A DNA stretch of 64,000 nt from Camelus ferus (GCF_009834535.1 NC_045698.1:5520001-5584000); one strand, 5' to 3'; counted from the first letter of the stretch, positions 1 through 11,699 are shown. Numbers and translations are program-made. The notes: generated by a model not told the origin, from the letters alone.

Positions 1-495
1 TCAAAAGCGTTTTTCGATTAACTATGGACGAAGAGTCGTGACAAGTCTTATGTGTCCACTGAACGTGACTATGCAAAGAATGTTAATTTTGACAACTATG
101 CAGAAGTTGTGGACCAAAAACAGGCTCTGTGCTGTATTTAGTTAAGGCATTAGGCCCTTCTGTAGGTAAAAATTTCCCCCCATTTTTCAAAAAATGCATT
201 TGCATTAGTGGGATTAGAAGGAAGCAATCCATTGCTATTGATCTTTTGTATAATATTTAACTTTTATACTTAACAATGATTATATGTAACACAACCCTGT
301 AAATCAACTACACTTCAATAAAAAATAAAAATAAATTAAAAAATAATTATACATACATATATCAAGGTCAGTAAGAGGAAGTTTTCACTGTGTTTTTTTT
401 CCCGCCATTATTATTACGTGTTTCACTGTGGAATTGCTACTGAGAATAATGTGTCCCGTAGAGGAGGCGGTGTCTAATGTGTTAGGCCACGTCTG
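1..495 (+). mobile_element. hAT-Tip100 DNA transposon (Zaphod-like) 3' end with decayed transposase C-terminus
   Basis: Frameshifted translation KSVFRLTMDEE (from 3) and TERDYAKNVNFDNYAEV (from 58) resembles the hAT dimerization-domain end (LRSTMS.ERL..L..LSIE.E.AK...FD). The downstream AT-rich tract and the end near 495 resemble the recalled Zaphod 3' terminus. Confidence 0.7.
287..342 (+). mobile_element. Very short 5'-truncated L1 3' tail inserted in the hAT element
   Basis: taacacaaccctgtaaatcaactacacttcaataaaaaataaaa matches the 3' end of the L1 at 48870-48910. Degenerate flanking duplication aatgattatatgta / aataattatacata. Confidence 0.7.
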
Positions 496-779
496 ACCTG
501 AAGTTTGGCTTCAGAAGAGGGAGCAGCCTGGGCTCCTACAGTAAATGAAGAGCTTCCTGAGGGGGGAAGCTTTCTGTTGTGTGGGAAGAGGACTTTCATT
601 TAAAAAAAAAAAAAAAAAGCCCAAAAAGAAGAAAGAAAAAAAGAAAAATTTTACCATTTTCTTAGCATGTTGTATTTTCTTCACTATGATAAAATACAGA
701 AATTGGAATTCAGTACATCTAGCACATGACCCTCATTCCTTGGCTTTCATTATTTGTCATTAAAAAAAAATGCGCTGTC

Positions 780-1110
780 TTCATCACTTAGCGTCTAACT
801 CTGCCTCCGCGTGACCGACGGTGAGTGCGAGGTCGCCGGAGGGGGATTTTCCATCTGCGGGAACATACTAGTCAGAAAACGAAGGGGGAGCTGGGTCAGG
901 AATGCTTTGTTCCCTTTGGCTTGTACCGCGGCCACGTGGGTCTCCAGGCTCCGACGGAGCAACCTGCCAGCCTGAAATGCGAGGAGAAATGGAACCACTC
1001 GGGGTCACGGCCGCGTCCTCCTGAACTCCTGGGTGGCCGGCGGGAGCTCGGACCAGCTCTGGGGACTATTTAAGATGCTTGGCTCCATGGTGACCAGGGA
1101 TCACCACTGC
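780..1110. promoter_or_regulatory. Small CpG-enriched patch (possible promoter or enhancer)
   Basis: Locally dense CpGs (ctccgcgtgaccgacg, cggccgcg, ggccggcggg), a CACGTG E-box, and a GACG|GTGAGT donor-like site at 820/821. Confidence 0.35.
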
Positions 1111-1600
1111 GGTCCATCATCTGACTATGGCAAAGCAGCCTGCCCAGAATCTTACTGCTTTTCTAATCAAATCAAACTGAGAAAATGTATGATGGTGTGT
1201 CTGTATATATTAATTACTTTCTCATTTCTGAACGTTCACCTTTTTTTAACTTCAGTTTTCAGATACATGTAAGAAAAGCTGATGTTCGTTGTAAGTATTA
1301 GAATGTAAGCCAAGGACAAGTGCAATAGTCATTATAAAAGATGTCTCATTTCCTCCAACGATGTAGGACTAAAAAGGCCTGGAGACGTGCGGGTCTTTAT
1401 GGCTTCGAGTTCCACTCTCACAGCTCCTTCCACACTTGCTACAGGTTTCCTGAAAAGGCAGCGGGACTCTCTCCCAGCTGACTGTGCAAGGTGAGACTTA
1501 GCTGCGTAGCGTTTCTTCGGTGGTTAACCGTGAAGTTCGTGATGGACACAGACTGAGGCCTCAAATCTTTTTCTCTGCGGCGAGTCCCAATAGCATTTTG

Positions 1601-1715
1601 GTGGGGGAGGTAATTAAGTTTATTTATTTGTTCTTAGAGGAGGCACCGGGGATCGAACCCAGGACCTCATGCTTGCCAAGCATGCGCTCTACCTCTTGAG
1701 CAATACCCTCCCCTT
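1601..1715 (-). mobile_element. tRNA-derived camelid SINE (Vic-1-like)
   Basis: Minus strand reads GGGGAGGGTATTGCTCAAG...CTGGGTTCGATCCCC (A/B boxes). 16-bp TSD tcccaatagcattttg (1585-1600) / tcccagtagcattttg (1716-1731). Confidence 0.9.
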
Positions 1716-1944
1716 TCCCAGTAGCATTTTGAACTGGAGGCTCCAGGTGAACAGCAGTGGGTGGTGCTTAACCACACGTGCACCTCTTGGTCTGTTTCGC
1801 ATGATCTCTGACCGGCAGACTGAATGTGAAAGGGCTTGTCACATTGAGAAAATTATGTTATTTTGAGAAAATTATTAAATCTTTATCAATATTGGCAACT
1901 GGGTCGATAGGTTAACCTCAGTGAACAGGAATTTTGACAATGGT

Positions 1945-2035
1945 CCATGAGATGAGTTCACACATGTGAAGTCCTTAGAGCTAGGCCTGGTCCTGATATA
2001 AAATAAGGAATTATAATGTGCGCGTATTAATTACT
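1945..2035 (+). mobile_element. MIR 3' fragment
   Basis: atgagatgag...atgtgaagtccttagagctaggcctgg...tattaattact resembles the MIR 3' half. Confidence 0.5.
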
Positions 2036-3936
2036 AAGAGCAGTGCTGTTACTAACATGACGCCTGCTCCTAACACTTCTGCACCCGTTCCTGGAGAAAC
2101 ACTGCTCCGTGGCTGGGTGTGCTGTGAACTTCAGAGGTGTGTCTGATGTATGCCAAGGTCCCTTTGATGTATTTCTAACTCCCCTGGCAACTGCCCATCC
2201 CACAGCCTGGTTCCCGAACACCCATCTGTCTCCATGGTCCTTGATCCAATGGCGGTTAACCTAGTGTATCTTACCAGCTTTAATTCATGCTCCAGAGGGT
2301 AACAGGTAAAGGAACACATTCCGAAAAGGTCTAAATCATGTTTCTATTTTTCCAGATGGATGCCTTTAACAAAAGAGCATGATTCCATTGTGTGTAAGAG
2401 CAGTTAAATTCTGCCTTCATTTCAGAACCTATCTGTAGGTTCTTAAGACCTTTTTTCTTCAGTATTTTCAAGGAGAAGTGAGAAAGTTGTATTTTCTTTG
2501 TAAGAAGTTTCTCAGTGAAATATATGAATTATGGTCACAAGACCTAGGGGACTTTGCCGCACACACGGATTATTTTCTCACGGGCACCTTTCTTCATAGC
2601 AGCTACAGAAGTGTAAGCTAGAGTTACAGCGAGTTATCACTTACCTGCATTTTTGCCTAATTATCAGTTAAAAAAGACTGACTGCCGAGGGTTTCATTTG
2701 GAGCCAGACTAGAAAAGCCCAGAGAATGAATGTGACTTGCTCCAAGAAGATTTAGGGACATACTGCTAATTAGTCAGCCATAGTGGGGTCCCTTAGGGAT
2801 GTGCTGGTGTGCTTTCATAAGTTAGGCCCAGTGCCCAGCACTTGTCACAATTCTGTGGGACAATGTCGTCACATGTGAAATCTAAAAGACCAAGACAAAA
2901 GTGGAGGGAGATACTTCTGGCCCATCTTCTCCCTACAGTATCAGATCCGCAGCTCCCTTTGCTGGTTAAATGGAGTATTAGGAGCCGAAATTCGAAATCT
3001 TTCCCCCTCGAGCAGTAAATGCCCTGGTTCTCTCAGAGGAACTCAGACATGCCTAAGTGGGCCTCACCTCCTCCTCCCCACGTGCCTAGGCTGACCTGAG
3101 CTGAGTCCCCAGGTCAAGCTGACAGGTATTAGACCCTGTGTCTCAGTTTTCCTTCTATGGTAAGTACCAGGCATGGTCTGGGGACATGTGTCTTTCAGGA
3201 GATGAACCAGAGGACAGAGAACAGTTAAGCATACACCTTTACCCCACACGCCAGAGCTTGAGCCGCTCCCTAGGAGTGATCTGTCTCGGGGAAGAAGGGG
3301 TGAGTTCTCATTGAGCCTTAGCAAGCGGGTCAGCCTAAACTTAGCTAATTTCTGAAGTAGTTGGTCAAAGATGGCGCTGAGAAGAAAGGAATTTTTCTGG
3401 AGTTCATCAGCCTTTGAGGTTTGGCAGTTCAGGTTTATCAAGATGGGGTTGGAAGGAATAGCTATGGGGCCAAGATAGCTAATAAAATAAAACAGCCACC
3501 AGATGATGTTAATGGGGTGTCTCTGCGAAGAGTGCTGACCCTGCACTCCCAGAACCAAAGCAGCATCCGAGCGTCTGCCGAGGACAGCAGAGAATCGTGT
3601 CTGGAGTCTGGGGAGGTGAGGGTGGGACACTGACATTTCCATGCCACCGTTTCTGCTCAGTTACAGCAGAGACCCTAATCTATGATGTCACCCTACGGGC
3701 TCCCTCCCAGCTGCAGAGGAGCCCTCCCACTCTCCATGCTGAAGCTGTGGGAAAGAATGGGCTCTGCGACCATTCCAGCCCCTCAGTGTTGTTTGGCCAG
3801 GAAACCTGGATGGTCAGATGGAGAGGGTCCTGAGGCTGGAGCCTACCAGGTGTGGAATAGCTGGAGGAGCAGGGACATTATAGGGAGCCCCAGCTACAAA
3901 GTGTGGAACTGTATTTTCAGTTTAATGTACATGTTT

Positions 3937-4120
3937 ATTCATCCATCCACCCATCCAACTATCCATCCATCCTTCCTTCAGTCATCTATCATCCATCCAC
4001 CCATTCACTTATGCACCCATCCACTCATCCATGCTTCATCCATCCACTCATTCACTCATCCACCCATCCACCCTTCCATCCATCCATCCAATAAATGCTC
4101 AATGAGCAACTACTACAAAC
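3937..4120 (-). repeat. Degenerate (TCCA)n array continuous with an L2 3' terminus
   Basis: About 150 bp of ccat/tcca units followed by aataaatgctcaatgagcaactac, the reverse complement of an L2 3' end. Confidence 0.75.
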
Positions 4121-4289
4121 CTACTTTTTGCTGGCTGCTCCTCAAGGAGTGTGCAATCTTATGTGGGAGGCAACTATGTAAATTGATGAACAACTAGGTA
4201 AATCACCTTACAGTGTGCTATTAATTACTAGAACTATTGACAATGTATTTTCTGTTCAGTCACTTCTACCACCATAGCTGTGTCTCAGT

Positions 4290-4700
4290 TTGCACCCCAG
4301 CAGTGCAAAATTGCTTGTACCTACTAAAAAAGATGCCGCACTTTCAAACTTCTGTGCCTTTAAAAATATTGTACTCAGTGTTTGGCATGACCACTCATTC
4401 CCCATCCCTGCTTGTCTATTTGGCCAACTCCTATCTATCCCTCGTGACTCAGCTCAGGGGCAGGCTGCTCAGTGTGGCCGCCATGATTCCGTCTCAGTGG
4501 GTCCTTGGCTGATGGAGCCACTGAATCTTGTCACCAGCCCAATAGCTGGTGACCATACTAGGATGACATTATACACAGGATACCTCCTCACTACACTCTT
4601 AAGTTTCATTCTGACCTGGACTGTATCCCTGTGTCCACGTTTACCCTGTGATGTACACAGTGAGCTATCCAAAAACATTGAAAAATTAAATAAATGAACT
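4290..4700 (+). mobile_element. L2 3' fragment
   Basis: ttctgtgccttt...gtttggcatga...tggccaactcctatctatccc...gactcagctc, ending aaattaaataaatgaa. Confidence 0.55.
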
Positions 4701-4787
4701 GATGGGGTGCTCTGGCAGCAAGAAAGATCAAGTGACACACTCTTCATTTCTTCATTTCTTCAGCTAACAATGACGGATAGATATTTC

Positions 4788-5374
4788 TTTTTTTTTTTTT
4801 TAACATTTTTTATTGATTTATAATCATTTTACAATGTTGTGTCAAATTCCAGTGTTCAGCACAATTTTTCAGTTATTCATGGACATATACACACTCATTG
4901 TCACATTTTTTTCTCTGTGAGTTATCATAACATTTTGTGTATATTTCCCTGTGCTATACAGTGTAGTCTATTCTACAATTTTGAAATCCCAGTCTATCCC
5001 TTCCCACCCTCCACCCCCCTGGTAACCACAAGTCTGTATTCTCTGTCTGTGAGTCTATTTCTGTCCTGTGTTTACGCTTTGTTTTTGTTTGTTTGTTTGT
5101 TTTTGTTTTTTAGATTCCACATATGAGCGATCTCATATGGTATTTTTCTTTCTCTTTCTGGCTTACTTCACTTAGAATGACATTCTCCAGGAGCATCCAT
5201 GTTGCTGCAAATGGCATTATGTTGTCGGTTTTTATGGCTGAGTAGTATTCCATTGTATAAATATACCACATCTTCTTTATCCAGTCACCTGTTGATGGAC
5301 ATTTAGGCTGTTTCCATGTTTTGGCTATTGTAAATAGTGCTGCTATGAACATTGGGGTACAGGTGTCATCCTGA
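4788..5374 (-). mobile_element. Young 5'-truncated lineage-specific L1
   Basis: Poly-T at 4788, 3'UTR and ORF2 C-terminus. Perfect 16-bp TSD gacggatagatatttc (4772-4787 / 5375-5390). Confidence 0.95.
5110..5352 (-). pseudogene. L1 ORF2 C-terminal 80 codons (retrotransposon remnant, not a host gene)
   Basis: MFIAALFTIAKTWKQPKCPS...[18 protein letters not shown]...PFAATWM.LE...LSEVSQ is the canonical mammalian L1 ORF2 C-terminus. Confidence 0.95.
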
Positions 5375-6771
5375 GACGGATAGATATTTCAAGTGTGTGC
5401 CAGGCCAGCCCTGGGAGCTGAGGACACTGCGGTGAGTGGGAGGGTCACAGCAGCCCCTGCCCTCCTGGATGGTTCTCTCTGACAAAGTCAAAGGCAGGAT
5501 GCCTAGCTACAGCCCAGCGCTCAGGCTGGCCGTAAGGCATCAGGTTAAATTAAAGATCCTCTGACTGTGGGAAAGTCAGGTGGAAGCGGTTAAGGTGGCC
5601 AAGCTTCACGCAGAGCTGGGGCAGGAGGAATGCAGGGATGGTTAGAGCGTTACAGGAGACAGAGCAGCCTTCAGGGCTGTGTCAGCAGACAATGCCCTGT
5701 CCAGGAAGACCGAGGCTCTTGTCGCTGGTTGTAATTACCCTGCTGGTGTCTGAAGTCTCGGTGGACTGAAAAGCCAGCACCATGACAAGTGGAAATAATT
5801 GCTGAGAGGTGGAGAAAAAATGAGGGATAGGAGCACAGAGCAGCTCTGCAAATGGAGCAAATGGAAAACCGACAAGGCATTGAAAGTTCTCCTTCAATTC
5901 ACCCTATGCTGGAAGCTGCGATTTCCTTTGCTTGGAGAATTTAGCCCCAGGGCAACCTGACTGAAAAGGAGAGCAGGGGAATGCAGTGTTTACTTTGAAC
6001 CTTCCAGGTGGGAATGATTTAAGAACTGGATTCTGTTACAAATGCCCATGTCCACCTCCAGGGCTCCCTCATAAGGCTCGCATTTCAAACAGCCAGATTC
6101 TCCCCCTACCCCAGGAGAGCTGTTTTTTGTGGGGAAACTGATATGAAACTAGAAGGACAGATTGAGGTAGGTTCCTTACAAACTGGTATAAGTATTCACT
6201 GAAAAATGGATTAGGATAAATACTGTTTGAAATGCCTCAGGGGCAGACGTGTTGGTTTCCTGGTGTAAGATCTTTCTGTGCTGCCTGACTGTAGAATGAT
6301 TGTGACCATGCCCATTTAGGATTTTATCTGCAGAGACATCATGGATATAAAAGCCAAGGAACCCAAATTACAGGGTTGGTTCCAAGGTGGACTCTTGCAC
6401 CGTCTTGGGAAGACTCTAAATCCCTCTGAGACCCTGGGTCTCTTCTGTCTGCTCACACTCTATGACCCTGAGATTTCCCTCCTAGAATAACTGTTACGGT
6501 TTTCCTGCTCATTAGTGAGTGGGCTGTGCACGCTTGAACTAAGTATTAGCGACAGAGGAGGAAAATAACACCTGTCAGCAAATGTTCTATTGGGAAAGAT
6601 ATGCAAAATTGTTCTCAAAAATCATAAAGTTCTAGGCAAAAGCCTGCATTCTTGTTGCTGATATTTTAACTTTTGTCAGATATTTGACTGAGTCCCTCTT
6701 ACTGTCTTACATACTTTATTAGATAATATGTGTACTAGACATTGTAAAGGGAAAAGGTTGAATTCTGCAAG

Positions 6772-7088
6772 TAAACAACAGAAATGTATCATCTCAGAGT
6801 TTCAAAAGTCCAAGATCAAAGGGTTACAGGGTTGATTTCTTCTGAGGCCTCTCTCCTGGGCTGTAGATGGCTGTCTTCCCCCTGTGTCTTCACGTGATCT
6901 TCCCTCTGTGGGTATCTGCGTCCTGATCACCTCTTCTTAGAAGGACACCCATCATCTTGGACTAGGGTTCACCCCAATGACTATTCTAGCTTAATTCTCT
7001 TTTTAAAGGTCCATCTCCAAGTACAGTCACATTCTGGGGTGTCAAGGGTTTGGACTCAAATACGAATTTGGGGAGAACACAACCCAGA
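6772..7088 (-). mobile_element. MaLR LTR, MLT1A/B-like
   Basis: aaacaacagaaat...aagtccaagatcaa...tctgaggcctctctc...tagatggctgtcttc...aaggacacc...tctccaagtacagtcacattctg. Confidence 0.85.
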
Positions 7089-7535
7089 ATGGTTAAAAGT
7101 CATAAAATTTTTATTTATGAAGCAAATCATTTTCACAGCCTTATTGAAGTATAATTGACATACAATAAACTGCACATATTTAATGTGCAAAACTGGTGAC
7201 TTTTGACAGATGTGTGCACCTGTGAAACGATCACAGAAACCAAGGTAATGAGCTCCAAGAGTCTCCCTGTGTCCTTTTGAAATGTATACCTCCCCTCACC
7301 CTGAAACACTATCACAAATAACCACTAATCTGTTTTATGTCGCACTATACGTTACTTTGCATTTTCTAAAACTTTCTATAAAGGAAATCATATGTCATGA
7401 ATTCTCTTTTTTTTTTCCTGGCTTCTTTTAGTCATCACGATTATTTTGAAATTTATTCATATTGTGTGCAATCAATAGTTTATCCTTTTTATGGCCGAGT
7501 AGTATTCCATTGGGTGGATCTACTACAATTTGTTT

Positions 7536-7919
7536 TTTTTTTAACATTCTTTATTGATTTATAATCATTTTACAATGTGTCAAATTCTAGTGTAGAGCAC
7601 AATTTTTCAGTTATACATGAACATACATATATTCATTGTCACTTCTTTTTCTCTGTGAGCTACCATAAGATCTTGTATATATTTCCCTGTGCTATACAGT
7701 ATAATCTTGTTTATCTACTCTACAATTTTGAAATCCCAGTCTATCTTTTCCCACACCCCACCCCCTTGGCAACCACAAGTTTGTATTCTATGTCTGTGAG
7801 TCTATTTCTGTTTTGTATTTATGCTTTGTTTTTGTTTTTGTTTTTTTTTTAGATTCCGCATATGAGTGATCTCATATGGTATTTTTCTTTCTCTTTCTGG
7901 CTTATTTCACTTAGAATGA
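7536..7919 (-). mobile_element. Young L1 3'UTR fragment (same subfamily as 4788-5374)
   Basis: Closely similar to 4788-5180. Perfect 12-bp TSD tacaatttgttt (7524-7535 / 7920-7931). Confidence 0.92.
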
Positions 7920-8257
7920 TACAATTTGTTTATTCATTCACTTTTTGATGAACATTTGGGTCTTTCCACATTCGAGCTAGTCTGCAGAGAACTCCTATGA
8001 TATTGGTGCACAAGAATTCGTGTGGACATATGCTTTTACTAGTATACTTAGGTATGGAATAACTGGGCCATACGGGGATGTGAGTAACTGTTTCAGAACC
8101 TGCCAAACTGTTTTCCAAAGAGGTTGTACGATTTTACATTCCATCAGCAGTGTGAGAGCATTCTTCTGCTCCATGTCCTCACCAGCACTTGATATGGTCA
8201 ATTAAAAAAAAATTTTTAGCTATTGTATTGTTTGCACTGTGGCATCTAACTGTGCTT

Positions 8258-9600
8258 TTTTCCCCCAATTTTTAAAAGACTTTATGTTTTTAGAGCAGTT
8301 CTAGGCTTACAACAACCCTGAGAAGGGGACTATAGAGAGCTCCCAAGAACTCCCTGCCCCGACACAAGCATAGCCTCCCCCATTATCAACATTACTCACC
8401 AGAACCGTACATTTTTGGTCAAGGATGAACCTACATTGACACACCATTATCACCCAAAGTCCTTAGTTTTCTTTAGTGTTAGTACTTGGTGTTGTACATT
8501 CTGTGGGTTTAGATGAATGTATAATGCCATGTATCCATCATTATAATATCATAGGGTGTTTTCATGCCTTAAAAATCCACTCTGTTATGCTTGTTATTGC
8601 CCCTCCCACCCAACCCGGCAACCATTGATCTTTTTACTGTCTCTATAGTTTTGCCTTTCCCAGAATGTCGCAGAGTTGGAATCATACCGTCCGCAGCCGT
8701 TTCACGTTGGCTCCTTTCACTTAGTGTTATGCACTTCAGTTTCCTCCGTGTCTTATCACAGCTTGACAGCTCACTTCTCTTTAGCACTGAATACTATCCC
8801 ATTCTCTGGATGCAGCAGTTTATTCAACCACTCACCAACTGAAGGGCATTTTGGTTGCTTCCAAGTTTTGGCAATTACGAATAAAGCTGCGTATCCATCC
8901 ACATGCAGGCTTTTATGTGGGTATAAGTTTTAAACTCCTTTGGATAAATATCAAGAAGCAGGGTTGCTGGGTCACACGTATGAGCACGTTTAGGTTTGTA
9001 AGACACTGCCAAAGTGTCTTCCAACGTGGCCGTGCCATTTTGCATTCTCACCAGCAATGACTGACAGTTCCTGTTGCTCCACTTCCTTGGCAGCATTTGG
9101 TGTTGTCCGTGTTCTCGATTTTGGCTGTTCTAATAGGTGTGTAGTGGTGTCTCAGTGTTGTTTTAATTTGCATTTCCCTGATGACACATGGCATGGAGCA
9201 TTTTTTTATGGGCTTATTTGCCATCTGTATCTTCTCCAGTGAGGTGTCTGTTAAGGTCTTTGGCCCATTTTTTAAATCGAGTTGTTTGTTTACTTCTTGT
9301 TGAGTTTTAAAAGTTCTTTGTATATTTTGGATAACAGTCCTTTGTCAGACATTTGTCCTTGTCTTTTCATTCTCTTGATGTTGTCTTTTCCAGTTTTAAT
9401 TTCCATGAAGTTCCAGTTATCAATGATTTTTTTCATGGATTACGTCTTCGGCATTGCATCTAAAAAGTCATTGTCATACCCAAGGTCACCTCGGTTTCTC
9501 CTCCTAGGATTTTTATAGTTTTGTATCTTACATTTAATTCCATGCTTCATTTTGAATTAACTTCTGTGAAGGGTATAAAGTCAGTGTCTAGATTCATTTT
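8258..9600 (-). mobile_element. L1MC1-like 3' fragment
   Basis: Diagnostic 3'UTR ttttagagcagtt...cagcctcccccattatcaacat-like sequence and gatgaacctacattgacaca...cacccaaagtcc. Degenerate TSD ctaactgtgctt / ctcattgtgctt. Confidence 0.85.
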
Positions 9601-10959
9601 CTCATTGTGCTTAATTTGCATCTGTCTAATGACCAGTGATGGTCTGCTGATTTCCAGGTGGACCTGGAGAGCTCAGGGATTGATTTCCCTCTTCAGGGAA
9701 TGGGGCACCACTGGCTTTGATGAAACGCAAGAGCTGAGGCAGGAACACGGCAGACCACCACCAAGCTGCCCCGGGTTCGCAGCTAGAAGTAGGCGTTCGC
9801 CAGAAATTCAGCACAAGCTTGGTGGAGCTTTGGCTGAGGTCGGTGCCATGGCTTCAGCCCGAGGGCTGCACCGGGTAACTTACTCCTCCTCCTCCAAAAA
9901 CAACTATGTAAACAAACATAAAACCCAGAGTAGAAAACACCCTCACAGACAGACTGCAATTTTGATCATGAAGCAAACTTCTAGACTTGCAAGTCATATA
10001 AAAATGAAAATGGGTGTATTTAAAAAGAAGATTTAATGTCATTATCCTTCCATAAACTTTGTTCTTCCAGAATTATCAATGGCAAGACTCGGTACACAGA
10101 AGAGGTAGGAGGTCAGTTTTTTTCCTCAGCTGTCTACTTACTTTCTGATATTCTCTGATCATTTCTCTTCCCCTCTTTTACAAACTATTTCTTCTTCCGG
10201 TGGCCAAGATTGACAGACTGGGGACCCTCCATGGACCCACAGCAACCTGAACATTAATTGTACACACGCCAGTGTTAAATGACTGACACCCAGATAGCAC
10301 CTGCATTGAAATGTCCCAGCAGTGAAGCGGGATTGAAGCATTGATGCATATGTGCTTTGCAGGTCCACGGCACATACGTCTCCAGCCTCTGGGCCGACTC
10401 AGTTATAATGAGGCATGAGGTTTTGCCTACATCCTTTAAACTTTAAACTTTCTACCATCTTGGATGACAAAAAAAAATCACATTCTTAGGTTTGAATGCA
10501 CTACAGATTTGGACTTTTCATCTGTGACATCCTTATGTCACTAAAGTACTTGTCTGTGTCACAAACATGGCCCGGATAGAAGCGGCTGACTGTGAGCAGC
10601 AGAGACTCGCCCGGCTGGCCCTCCCGGGTTAGGATACAGGAGTCCTTTAAGGGCCTTGAGCACCCAAGAGGACATCCTGAAATGCTGCGCCTGTGTGTCT
10701 GAGCCAGACTGACCAACAGGCCACACAGCCCAGAAGCATGCCTCACGGTGATGCTGGCTAAACTTACAGGAACTTTAATCACTCTGTAGTCCTCAGAAAT
10801 GGTGTTTCAGCCCTTCAGGCTGCCTGTGTTAACACACCAGCAGAGAGACAGCTAAGAGACTGGGTGGGTCTCGTTTTAGGACTGGTCGCTAAGAACAAGC
10901 AATTGCCCCACAGCAGTGCTCTAGGAGGCCGAGGGAAACAAGAGAGACTTCTATTTTCT

Positions 10960-11400
10960 GTTTGTTGAGAAATTAATCAGATTTTGCACAGAAAATCAGC
11001 CGCCTAACCCTCGGGTGCATTTCCATGCCAGCTTACTGACCAATGACAGCAAAAAAAGCATATTCAAAGCAAAGAGCCACACTAAGCAAATTTAGAAGAG
11101 ATTTAATAGGCATGATTTTGCCCTTATGCAGAAGAACGCAGGCCTGTTGAGATGTTTCCGCTTAGAGAGCTATTTTTAATTGCGTGAGACACAAAGATTA
11201 TATAATTCTCATAAAGATGTCAGCTGGCCCCCGCCTTCCCCAGGCATCTGCGGGAATAATTCATTTGACTAATGACCCAGCGTCTGCATATGGAGAGAGT
11301 CGTACATCTTCCATAGGTTACAATATAATATGTTATCAGTGCAGCAGAAGTGCATTTATCTGTACGTGGCACTGACCCCGGGGAGTCCAAAGCACTGAAA
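10960..11400. promoter_or_regulatory. Candidate conserved non-coding enhancer
   Basis: Repeat-free block dense in TAAT/ATTA cores plus TGACAG and CAGCTG motifs. Conservation is inferred, not shown. Confidence 0.35.
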
Positions 11401-11699
11401 GATGGAGAAATGGCAACACGTGTGAGATCTTCTCTTGCTTATCTCGAGGGCAGCTTCAGGTAAGAGTAGAAGCTTCTAGCGGCTGCAGGTGGAACGGCCC
11501 CTGGACGCTTTACCCAGCCTGCCCAGGTTGGGAGCTGTCCAGCCCGAGAGGCTTCAGACAAAATCAGGGAAGGCCAGAGATTTATGCATTCCTTTCACTG
11601 TGTTAAACCAATGACCACATAATAGAGAAGTGAAAACCTGAGGTGGGGTCAGGGAGTGGGTGGTGCTGTGGAATGTTCTAGTAACGTCCTCCTGGATTG

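Larger units (their letters stand above)
4741..5480 (-). mobile_element. L2 3' end split by the young L1
   Basis: ttcatttcttca tail before the L1, resuming after it as tgtgccaggcc...ctgggagctgaggacactgcggtgag...cccctgccctcctgga. Confidence 0.55.
7130..9642 (-). mobile_element. Old L1M (L1MD-like) 3' portion, interrupted twice
   Basis: Starts cagccttattgaagtataattgacatacaataaactgcac, resumes at 7920-8257 and again at 9601-9642 (aatttgcatctgtctaatgac). Confidence 0.75.

Noticed and set aside
1601..1715. tRNA gene-like A/B boxes (also at 24371, 33025, 48455, 53500)
   Set aside because: They carry SINE tails and TSDs and lack a complete cloverleaf; they are SINE heads.
3064..3642. 192-aa minus-strand ORF
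   Set aside because: No recognisable domain and a composition typical of chance ORFs.
3682..4197. 171-aa His/Pro/Ser-rich ORF
   Set aside because: Translation of the (TCCA)n array.
9521..10036. 171-aa + strand ORF
   Set aside because: Starts within antisense L1 sequence and has no recognisable homology.
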